64,000 bases of DNA, taken from NCBI GenBank assembly GCA_002269645.1, contig NIVC01002838.1, forward strand, positions 72,315-136,314, written 5' to 3'. Made by a program: the position numbers and the translations under genes. Numbering within the stretch: the first letter of the stretch is position 1; every line of letters begins with the position of its first letter. Positions 51,186-62,180 of the stretch are shown here, one piece after another. Below the pieces are notes generated by a model. It worked only from the letters and a program-made list of their open reading frames with translations. It was not told the origin of the DNA and ran no database searches. The stretch comes from Macrostomum lignano. Taxonomy: Eukaryota.

Positions 51186-51794
51186 CGAGAAAGAGCGAGC
51201 GAAGCGAGCTCTTTCGAGCTTGCTTGCCGCAGCCAATCAAGCTGAATGCACGCACACAAGATCACCGGTCACAAGATTATCACAAGATTAAGACGCACAC
51301 AAGATTATCCGATAGATAGATAGATAGATGGATAGATAGATAGATGGATAGATAGATAGATTGATAGGTAAATACACAGATAGATCCTTAAGCAGTGGAT
51401 CTTATCAGTTAATTTAATTTCATTACAAACGTAATAAACTTACAGTAATTAGCTAGGCGTTGCTTTGATTCACTGATCCGATGTGCTTTAAATTATTTAG
51501 CAGAAATCTAAATTTTGTTAAATTAGTTTGACACAGTGCTGCAGTTTATTTTTTAAAACTTCTATAGGAAAAGTGAATGCCCGTTTTAAGCCAAATAAAT
51601 ATTTAATCCGATCTTGGTTACTGTCTTGCGGTTTCCAACGAGGTCAGTTGCGGGTTCTGAATTTGTATTTTCTGAGTTCACGAGACTAAAGGCGTCAAAG
51701 TTAAGTAGAATGAGTCGTTGGGTTCTGTTCAGACTGAGATGGTGAAAGGCAGACAAGAAACTTAATGCTAAACAGGATTGGCTGTTAAACAAAG

Positions 51795-53785
51795 AAATCT
51801 GTTAGACAGGGGAATCTGTTAGACAGGGGGAATCTGTTAGACAGAGGGGAATCTTTTAGACAGGTGGAATCTGTTAGACAGGGGAATCTGTTAGACAGGG
51901 GAATCTGTTAGACAGGGGCAATCTGTTAGACAGGGCAATCTGTTAGACAGGGCAATCTGTTAGACAGGGGGAATCTGTTAGACAATGGAAATCTGTTAGA
52001 CAGGGGAATCTGTTAGACAGGGGAATCTGTTAGACAGGGGAATCTGTTAGACAGGGGGGAATCTGTTAGACAGAGGAATTTGTTAGACAGAGGGGAATCT
52101 GTTAGACAGGGGGAATTTGTTAGACAGGGGAATCTGTTAGACAGGGGAATCTGTTAGACAGGGGAATCTGTTAGACAGGGGAATCTGTTAGACAGGGGAA
52201 TTTGTTAGACAGAGGGGAGTTTGTTAGACAGAGGGGAATTTGTTAGACAGAGGGGAATCTGTTAGACAGGGGGAATTTGTTAGACAGGGGAATCTGTTAG
52301 ACAGGGGAATCTGTTAGACAGGGGAATCTGTTAGACAGGGGAATCTTTTAGACAGGTGGAATCTGTTAGACAGGGGAATCTGTTAGACAGGGCAATCTGT
52401 TAGACAGGGGAATCTGTTAGACAGGGGAATTTGTTAGACAGAGGGGAATTCGATAGACAGAGGGGAATTTGTTAGACAGAGGGGAATCTGTTAGACAGGG
52501 GGGAATTTGTTAGACAGAGGGGAATCTGTTAGACAATGGAAATCTGTAGGGGAATCTGTTAGACAGAGGGGAATTTGTTAGACAGGGGGAATCTGTTAGA
52601 CAGGGGAATCTGTTAGACAGGGGAATCTGTTAGACAGGGGGGAATCTGTTAGACAGGGGGAATTTGTTAGACAGGGGAATCTGTTAGACAGGGGAATCTG
52701 TTAGACAGGGGAATCTGTTAGACAGGGGAATTTGTTAGACAGAGGGGAATTTGTTAGACAGAGGGGAATTTGTTAGACAGAGGGGAATCTGTTAGACAGG
52801 GGAATCTGTTAGACAGGGGAATCTGTTAGACAGGGGAATTTGTTAGACAGGGGGAATCTGTTAGACAGGGGGGAATCTTTTAGACAGGTGGAATCTGTTA
52901 GACAGGGCAATCTGTTAGACAGGGCAATCTGTTAGACAGGGCAATCTGTTAGACAGGGCAATCTGTTAGACAGGGGGAATCTGTTAGACAATGGAAATCT
53001 GTTAGACAGGGGAATCTGTTAGACAGGGGGGAATCTGTTAGACAGGGGGGAATCTGTTAGACAGAGGAATTTGTTAGACAGAGGGGAATCTGTTAGACAG
53101 GGGGAATTTGTTAGACAGGGGAATCTGTTAGACAGGGGAATCTGTTAGACAGATGGGAATTTGTTAGACAGAGGGGAATTTGTTAGACAGAGGGGAATCT
53201 GTTAGACAGGGGGGAATTTGTTAGACAATGGAAATCTGTTAGACAAGGGGGAAACTGTTAGACACGGGGGAATCTGTTAGACAATGGAAATCTGTTAGAC
53301 AGGGGAATCTGTTAGACAGAGGGGAATCTGTTAGACAGGGGAATCTGTTAGACAGGGGAATCTGTTAGACAGAGGGGAATCTGTTAGACAGAGGGGAATC
53401 TGTTAGACAGGGGGAATCTGTTAGACAATAGAAATCTGTTAGACAGAGGGGAATCTGTTAGACAGGGGGAATCTGTTAGACAATAGAAATCTGTTAGACA
53501 GGGGAATCTGTTAGACAGAGGGGAATCTGTTAGACAGGGGAATCTGTTAGACAGGGGGAATCTGTTAGACAATAGAAATCTGTTAGACAGGGGAATCTGT
53601 TAGACAGAGGGGAATCTGTTAGACAGGGGAATCTGTTAGACAGGGGAATCTGTTAGACAGAGGGGAATCTGTTAGACAGAGGGGAATCTGTTAGACAGAG
53701 GGGAATCTGTTAGACAGGGGAATCTGTTAGACAGAGGGGAATCTGTTAGACAGAGGGGAATCTGTTAGACAGAGGGGAATCTGTT
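51795..53785. repeat. 17-19-bp minisatellite (AATCTGTTAGACAGGGG), ~2 kb
   Basis: Over 100 tandem units. Confidence 0.97.
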
Positions 53786-54133
53786 GGAAAAGACACTGTA
53801 ACAGGTTAGCCAAGAGGACAAAGGCCAAACAAAATGAATAAAAGTACAAATTAGGGGAGACATCTTAACGCACACAAGTTTGCAAAAACTAAAAATTATA
53901 TTTTTCACGTGTAAATATCTCTACTTATATATACTAATGATACTGCTACTAAGTAGAAAAAGTAGGCCCTACTTCGAAAACTGAACTGAAAATAAAAATA
54001 GGTTTTGATAATGATATTGAGCAATTCTGCAGGCTCTTGCAGTGCAGTCCTCTCTGCGTTCACTGAGTTCAATAAAAAACAAATTTAGTACGCAGGTGTC
54101 AGTTCAGTTGCTTCCGTGATCCTGAAAGTTAAA

Positions 54134-57100
54134 TTAGGAATTTTTAGTCGAGTAGCACCGAGCGATGTGCTCTTGCATGCACTCGATCACGGAGTCCGGG
54201 ATCACCAAGCAGAAGCTCTCCTTCGGAAGTTTAGCCAGACGAACTTTCGCCACGGCAATGCAAGTAGCGGCTCGGCCTTCGTCCAGTACGAGAGCTCGTT
54301 CGCCGAAAAACTCGTTCTGATGCATCCGCTTCACCTGTTTGGAGTCGATCAGGACGTCAACTTCGCCGTCCATGATAAAGTACATTGCATCACCCGGATC
54401 GCCCTGTAATGCAAGCGTGTTTGGAGTGATTGGGTCAGTCCACGCGTTCTCTGGGATAGCTGCTAAGGGGCGCCAGCTACAGAGGGGGGCGCCAGCTACA
54501 GAGGGGGCGCCAGCTACAGAGGGGGGCGCCAGCTACAGAGGGGGCGCCAGCTACAGAGGGGCGCCACAGAGGGGCGTCAGCTACAGAGAAGGGGCGCCAG
54601 CTACAGAGGGGGCGCCAGCTACAGAGGGGGCGCCAGCTACAGAGGGGGGCGCCAGCTACAGAGGGGGCGCCAGCTACAGAGGGGCGCCACAGAGGGGCGT
54701 CAGCTACAGAGAAGGGGCGCCAGCTACAGAGGGGGCGCCAGCTACAGAGGGGGCGCCAGCTACAGAGGGAGCGCCACAGAGGGGCGCCAGCTACAGAGAA
54801 GGGGCGCCAGGCGCCAGCTACAGAGGGGGCGCCAGCTACAGAGAAGGGGCGCCACAGAGGGGCGTCAGCTACAGAGGGGCGCCACAGAGGGGCGTCAGCT
54901 ACAGAGAAGGGGCGCCAGCTACAGAGAAGGGGCGCCAGCTACATATAAATGTTCACCAATTTGCAGTTAGGAAAACAATGATTAAAAAAACTCTCTCACC
55001 TGACGACAAATGACATCCCCCGAATGCAGAGTGATCACTTCAATCGCGTCAATCAATCGATTGGTAAGAGAAGGAGACAAATTGTCTCTAAACAGCGGGA
55101 TGGCTTTTATCACCTGTTCAAATCGCTCAGCATTGACGATGGCGCGTTGTTTGCGCAGCCAGCCGTTTCGAAGGGCGTCCAGCACCCACAGGGAGCCGCT
55201 GGACTGCGCCACAATGTTAGCAGCCCTGGGAGCGTGGTTTATTAACGCCAGCTCGCCTGCGGGGTGACGGATTGGGAGCTGAAGATTAGCCGGCGGTTTC
55301 TTAGAAATCACAGTTTCAGACTGTGTGACATTTCAGTGTCAGATTTGTGACATTTCAGTGTCAGACTGTGTGGCATTTCAGTGTCAGACTGTCGAAGAGA
55401 TAAAAACTTTCTAAGCAAACGATCAGCCGTTAAGGTTTCTTGTTTTAGAGAAAAAATGCAATTGAAAGTTAATTAACAAACTAGCTAGTCAGTAGGTAAG
55501 TAAGTAAGTAACTAACAAACTGACTAACTAACTAACTACCTAACTAACTAACTAACTACCTAACTGATCAACTACCTAACTAACTAACTAACTAACTACC
55601 TAACTGACTAACTACCTAACTAACTAACTACCTAACTACCTAACTGACTATCTACCTATCTAACTAACTACCTAACTACCTAACTGACTATCTACCTATC
55701 TAACTAACTACCTAACTACCTAACTGATCAACTACCTAACTAACTAACTACCTAACTGACTAACTACCTAACTAACTAACTACCTAACTACCTAACTGAC
55801 TATCTACCTATCTAACTAACTACCTAACTACCTAACTGACTAACTACCTAAATAACTAAATAAATAACTAACTAACTAACTTAGTAAATAACTAACTAAC
55901 CAACTAGCGGAATAACTAACTAACTACTGAACTAACTAACTACCTACCTTACTAACTAACTAACGAACTGAATAACTAACTAACTATTTAGCTAACTGCC
56001 GAACTAACTAACTACCTAACTAACTAAATAACGAACTAACTGACTGAATAACTATCTAACTACCTAACCAACTAACTTAGTAAATAACTAACTAATTAAC
56101 CAACCAAATAACAAACTAACTAACATGCACTCTCACCAAAGTAGCCATCCCCGTCATAGCTGCGCACAGTGATCTGCTGCCCATTACTAGCGGGCACCGT
56201 GCACTTAAACTGGCCAGTGTTCACCACATAAAAGGCGTCCCCAGGTCCGCCAAATTCAATCACGACATCGCCTGGTTCAACTTTGCGGTTGTACATGTAG
56301 CTGGCGACCAACTGCAGGCTCATGGGGGATGGTGGTGGATGAAAATGGTATTGTGCAAAAGCTGGTTGGCTAATGTTAAGTGGTATCATATAGACAAATC
56401 ATAAATTTTTGTCAACAAAGCTTAGCAAAGCAGTAGTCTAGCTCTTAGGCCTTAGCAGTAGGCCTAGTCTCGATTCCAAATGCAGTCATCCCATTAACTT
56501 TGGGGCTAAACTGGAATCTCAGCTTGAGTCTGCTTGTGAAATTGCCACAGTACATGCCTAACGATAAGTAAAGTTAGGGCCGCTGTACACTACCGTGCGA
56601 GTGTGTGCCTGTGCGTATGACTGCGTACGTATCTGCGCGCTTGTGTGCCTGCTGAATGGGCAGTAATGCCTCTCGCCGGTTGTGTGACAATGTCGCTTAA
56701 AGTGCGCCAGGGTGCACACACACCCTCACCTGCAGTTCTTCAACGTCGTATCCTTCAAACAGCACCACAGTTCGAATATTCCGAACAATCTTATCAATAT
56801 CATCAGCCGATTTCGTGAAATCTTTGCCAGTGTCAGCAAAGTCGCTCTCCTTCAATTCCTCCATGTCCACGGCTGAGATGACACTCCTGCGGGTGGTTCG
56901 AATCTCGTAAGGCGTCTCCGTGGACGGTGGAGGCAGTGTCGGGTCGCATTCGTCGATGACAAACTGCGGACAGGAGCTCTCGGCTTCGGACGGAGGCTGC
57001 TCTGCGCTGTTATAGTTGAACAATGGGCTATCGATGACGTCATCGTCAGAGGAATCGCTTTGATTGGCTGGTTGTGCTATGTCCACAGTCTGATTGTGAG

Positions 57101-57134
57101 ACACAACTGGAGCTGATGGGACAGAAGCTTGCAT
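54134..57134 (-). CDS. cAMP-dependent protein kinase regulatory subunit-like protein (368 aa, two CNB domains, no evident D/D domain)
   Basis: Exons 56730-57134, 56137-56311, 55000-55256, 54134-54403 (1107 nt, phases 0/1/0). Inhibitor-like site RRSVISA; phosphate-binding cassettes FGELALINHAPRAANI and FGERALVLDEGRAATC. Confidence 0.88.
54468..54940. repeat. 18-20-bp minisatellite (GGCGCCAGCTACAGAGGG) in PKA-R-like intron 3
   Basis: Tandem units visible directly. Confidence 0.93.
55495..56125. repeat. (CTAA)n-derived compound microsatellite in PKA-R-like intron 2
   Basis: AACT/ACCT tandem pattern starting next to the donor at 56136. Confidence 0.92.
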
Positions 57135-57479
57135 TGTTAAATATTTAATTCACTAATAACACTAAGAGTCGATATATAGATTCAATGCAGTATTAATCGC
57201 AATAGAAATTAGAAGTCAAACTTCAATGCAATGCATGTTTAACTGATTCCGACCATAGACTACGAATGCGGTTTGAATCATGGAGTTCTAAAAAACGACT
57301 TGAGTTGAGGTCAAACAGAATTGTGAACCTTGGCGCTGGAAATAGACAAACGATATTCAAGGTCTTGTCATTTTCAAATATATAACGCAAAGGGAACAAA
57401 AGTTTACTGAAGATATGTTACATGAAAACGATAAAAGCTTTGTTAATTGCACACTTCGGCGACAAAATTGTCTAACGCG

Positions 57480-57555
57480 TCACACCCGTATCTAACTGGT
57501 CTCACACCCAAATCTAACAGGTCTCACACCCGTATCTAACAGGTCTCACACCCGC
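57480..57555. repeat. 3 x 22-bp repeat (TCTAACAGGTCTCACACCCGTA)
   Basis: Three imperfect copies. Confidence 0.75.
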
Positions 57556-58170
57556 TGGAATTAAGGCTTCTGGAATCGTGTCTGCTGGAGTCGTGTCTGC
57601 TGGAATCGGGGCTGCTGGAATCGGGGCTGCTGGAATCAAGTCTGCTGGAATCGGGGCTGCTGGAATCAAGGCTGCTGGAATCCTCGAGGCTGCTGGAATC
57701 GAGGCTGCTGGAATCGGGGCTGCTGGAATCGAGGCTGCTGGAATCGGAGCTGCTGGAATCGAGCCTGCTGGAATCGGGGCTGCTGGAATCCTCGAGGCTT
57801 CGGGAATCAAGGCTGCTGGAATCGTTTCTGCTGGAATCAAGGCTGCTGGAATCCTCGAGGCTGCTGGAATCGAGGCTGCTGGAATCGGGGCTGCTGGAAT
57901 CGAGGCTGCTGGAATCGGAGCTGCTGGAATCGAGGCTGCTGGAATCGGGGCTGCTGGAATCCTCGAGGCTTCGGGAATCAAGGCTGCTGGAATCGTGTCT
58001 GCTGAAATCAAGTCTGCTGGAATCGTTTCTGCTGGAATCAAGGCTGCTGGAATCGTGTCTGCTGGAACCAAGGCTGCTGGAATCGTGTCTGCTGGAATCA
58101 AGGCTGCTGGAATCGTGTCTGCTGGAATCGAGGCTTCTGGAATCGGGGCTGATAGAAACGAGGCTTATGG
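57556..58170. repeat. 15/18-bp minisatellite (GCTGCTGGAATCGAG)
   Basis: Tandem units; open reading frames on both strands. Confidence 0.92.
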
Positions 58171-59249
58171 AATCTGATTGTTACTTGGTTTTGTCTAGCT
58201 GTTTATATACTAAAAGTTTGTACATGCATGCTGGATGCTTTTCATGTCGTATTATGAGCATCCAGCCACGGCTCAGGTAGTTACCGAATACCACCTTTAT
58301 ACTGGTGGTGCTGTCAATATACTCGTACAATAAAGTATTTTGCGGTTTAACGTACTTTCGTCTCCGTGAGACTGGTAAATGCATTTTTGACAGAGTAAAT
58401 TTATGTTGTACAATTAAATCGGGTTATTTACATGCCTAGGTGAGTCACTACATCCTGCTGGGGGGAGGGGGTGGATGGTCAAGGAGACGCAACATGCAGT
58501 ACTTCAATGAGTCCTTCTCTCCTGCTTTCTGTGTGACCTCTGATGCCAAAAGTATGACTATCTCTCTGAAGAAGCGCTATAATTGCTTGACCTCAGTCAG
58601 AGACCTTGAGTCAGAGAGGGAACAGTGAGACACAGAGAGACATCGAATGACAGAAAGAGAAAGAAAAACAGGGAGAAGGCGGAAAAAAAAACATACGGGC
58701 ACACACCCACACACATACAAGTTCCCTTGGGGCGTTGAATGCCCTCAACGGCTATTGGAAGGTTAAAAGAAAATAGCTATCAACAATGCCTTCTGAGAGA
58801 TCTGCAAGGACAGATTAGAATGCTTCCGCTGTGGAGAAAATGACTCGAGCCACAAGAGCCTCGTTTCCTTTCTCTCTTTCCTCCCTATGTTCTTTCTTTT
58901 TGGAGCTACAGGGTTGCCCTTAATCTATTGATTTTTCATTACTTATCCATGTGCCAACCCCCTCACAGAAAAGCTGTTTACGAACTCTGGAAACCACCTG
59001 GCTTCTCCGCCCGCGTGGGTGGCGAGCTTGTGTCCACCGGAGGGGCATAAAGCACCCGCGGGAAATGGAGGCCGGCAACTTTCTTCTGAAGCATTTCTGC
59101 CGATCCGCGGGATCCGGACTAAACTCAAACTGATCCAGAAGCCCTCTCGTCAAACAACTTTATTCGGCTTCTTTGCTGCATGCTCGAATTACGTGAAGGC
59201 TCGTGTAGAAAATTGCATCGCCACTTTTTCCCACTTATCTCTCCTAAAT

Positions 59250-59395
59250 CTCACTCTCTCTCCCACTCATCTCTCGGCCTAAATCTCACTTTCTCTCTCA
59301 CTCATCTCTCGGCCTAAATCTCACTTTCTCTCTCACTCATCTCTCGGCCTAAATCTCACTTTCTCTCTCACTCATCTATCGGCCTAAATCTCACT
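59250..59395. repeat. ~4 x 35-bp repeat (CTCTCTCACTCATCTCTCGGCCTAAATCTCACTTT)
   Basis: Directly visible. Confidence 0.85.
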
Positions 59396-59420
59396 GTGGG
59401 AGCCCCCACATGAAAAAAAA

Positions 59421-61368
59421 ACATTTACCATAGACAAAAACCGTTTCAACAGAATTCACGAGGATTTTTACCACAGACGAAAGCAATCCTGCACGCCGAA
59501 TAAAATAAGAATAAGAATGGCTGGAGTTAGTTACGTAGTGATAAGAGTGTTTGTTATTTAGAAAATTGAAATCAACCATGGCCACTCTGAGTGACAAAAA
59601 TTTGGTTGGTCCATTGATAGACCTGCGCTACGTGTCTGTGTGTGGAGTTAGTAAAGAGGAGATGGTTCTAGCTGGTACGACTAGCAAGCTAGAGACAGAT
59701 GCCGACAAACTGACAGCTTTGGTAGCAGATGTCAACTTCGATGATGAGCTGGCCAAGCTGATATCTGCGGATCCCGAATCGCTGGCTACGCTCGACGAAC
59801 TGGATCATCTCGTGAACCAATTGGAACGAGACAATGAGTGCCGAATAAGTGTTTCCAAGCAGAAGGCTATTATCAAGCGTCTTACCGACTGGCTTGAGAG
59901 CTGCAATGTGCATCTTGACTTCAAGAACGTCTCTGTTGAAGAACTCGCACGCTGGATTCGATACTTCTATGCTTCGAAGCGTAAACCCGATGGAGTATTT
60001 TATTCTCCTAACACCATTGTCGGGTTGCGCGCTGCTTTGTATCGCTACTTTATGAAGTTGCGCGGACTAAATATTATTGCCGAGCCAGCCTTTCACGCTG
60101 CAAACTTGATGGTAAAGCATGTGTGTAATGCGTACCTAAAATCAGGAGGACGAATTCGACACTACGATGCGATTGAATCCGAAGATCTGATGAAGTTGGC
60201 CAGCTATTTTGACCGAAGCACACCAGCCCGTCTGCAGGAGGAGGTGTATTTCAATATTATATTCTATTACGGCAATCGTGGCCGTGAATGGTTGCGTGGC
60301 CTGACTGCGAATTCGTTCAGCAAGACGGTCCTTGCCAACGGCATGACGGCGATCAAGCTACAAAGCAGCACTTCCAAGAATGTGAAGGGATCAGTGGATA
60401 TTCGCGACTGTGATGACAACAAGGAGGCTCTTATGGTTGCTAAGCCAGGATCAAAATGCTGCCCTGTTGCGGCCTTCAAAATGTATCTATCGAAAATTGT
60501 TGCAGTTCCCGACTGGAACGGCACCGATTTTTTTGTTCGGCCGAACCAACAGGTTGGACCAAACGGAATCTGGTACACCAAGCAAGCTGTTGGTATCAAC
60601 ACATTAGGGCCGCTGATGAAGACAATATCTGCAAAGGCAAATCTTTCGAAGCCGTACACAGGTCACTGTGTAAGAGCGACCGTTGTTACGGAACTTCACG
60701 AGGCTGGATACGCCGTAGAAACCATCGCTAAAGTGACGGGTAACAAGGTAAGCTGAAAACCGTTACAATGTGTGTACAAAACGTAGCAAAGCTTGCACAT
60801 TGTATCTGATAGAATTATTCTTACGTTTATGCGAAAATTTCAGTCCAGTACATCCGTCGAACGGTATATTCGACGTGGAAAGCGAAGAGACACTATAATG
60901 ACGGGCATGAGTGAACAATTGAGTATTGCTCTTGACGGAACTGGCTCTTCGGAGCGGCATTCGGAGTGCGGCGCAGTCTAAAGTGCTGTTAACAAGTGAG
61001 CCGACTACGTCGGCGTCAACAAAGAAGATGAGGATCATCGCTGATGGGGATTCCAACGTGGTGCAGTTCGTTTTCGAGTAGATAAGGATCGAAATTGATC
61101 TACGAGCTATTGTTCTTGGAAAGGAAACTATGTCTGTTTGAGTGTTCCATTGCTTTAATACGTTAATGTTGTTACTCATTTTTGTCAATATTTCTCATTT
61201 TGTGTCACTTGTTTGTTCTTATTGAAATACAATTCAGTCTATTACCGTACAGGAATGAAAATGCATTCCTGCACTGTAAGCATTAACATTTTAAATGAAG
61301 ATTTACCATGGACGAAAGCATTTCCGCACGCATAAATGCATTCCTGCACGTAGAATCAAACAAGAATA
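59421..61368 (+). mobile_element. Putative Crypton-like element bounded by imperfect direct repeats
   Basis: Left 59463-59512 TTACCACAGACGAAAGCA-ATCCTGCACGCCGAATAAAATAAGAAT versus right 61300-61367 TTACCATGGACGAAAGCA-[20 nt]-TTCCTGCACGTAGAATCAAACAAGAAT; true termini not proven. Confidence 0.55.
59578..60981 (+). CDS. Crypton/DUF3504-type tyrosine recombinase, 435 aa, one 96-bp intron
   Basis: Exon 1 59578-60747, intron 60748-60843 (AAG|GTAAGC...TTTCAG), exon 2 60844-60981. Motifs YSPNTI, YGNRGRE, CPV, YTGHCVRAT, VTGNK|SSTSVERY. Confidence 0.88.
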
Positions 61369-62180
61369 CGGGCTATTCGCCGCATTTCTTATTACTTGGC
61401 AGAGAGGCAGTTTTGCCCATAGACAGCGAACTTAGAGAGCCAAATCGATATGCTAATTATCCGACTTATGTTGCCGAGCATGCAGAGAGATTAGAGAGTG
61501 CTAGAAAATTAGTAAAAGAAAAATTTGAGAAAGTGCATGACAAGAGACAGATAGACGCCGAGAATCAGAGAAAACCAAATGTTATTGAAGTAGGAAGTTT
61601 AGTGCTAATTAATAATCCACAGCTTAACATTGATGAGTCTAATAAGTTTCATAGGAAGAAGAGAGCAGCTTTTAGAGTGCTTAAGCAAATTTCAGAAGTA
61701 GTTTTTTAAGATTCAGAAAGAAGATGGCAAATTAGTAGGTAATAAGTTATTAGTGCATAGGGATAACATGGCGCCCGTGCCAAATTCAGTGAAAGAGCCA
61801 ATAGATAAGGGAAGCCAGGAGAGCGCTGAGATAGTAGAAGTTACAAATAAGGGAGGCCAGAAGAAAGCTAAGCATTTAAATAGAAAAAAATCAGCAAGAG
61901 GTAGGACAATCAAGAAAGGAAAGCCATACCAGAAAAAATAGATTAGAGAAGCCAATTATCGAATTAGAATCTGAAGAAGAAAGCTCGGATGAAGAATACC
62001 CGAATTGGTTCTGCAAAATTCGTGAAAATGAACAATCGGTACATGAGAATGAATCAGAGCTAGAAGCCGAGACAGAAGCTGAGATAGAAAATAATATGCA
62101 ACATGAGAGCCTAGCGGAAGAAGAGATGGAGAGGTCAGAGAGAGAGAGAGGGAGGAGAAGTGGCACCGGCATACACCACT
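61368..62180 (+). mobile_element. Decayed Ty3/Gypsy pol 3' end (integrase C-terminus plus acidic tail)
   Basis: TGYSPHFLLLGREAVLPID...ERLESARKLVKE...EVGSLVLI...F.VLKQIS; stops and frameshifts downstream. Confidence 0.8.

Noticed and set aside
58181-58630. Two possible minus-strand exons (RFFREIVILLASEVTQK... and the 67-aa ORF)
   Set aside because: No recognisable family, weak splice signals and ambiguous frames; left unannotated.
59395-59421. Hairpin TGTGGG-AGCC-CCCACA followed by an A run, terminator- or Helitron-end-like
   Set aside because: Only a 6-bp stem and no CTRR end; could be chance or part of the recombinase element's left end.
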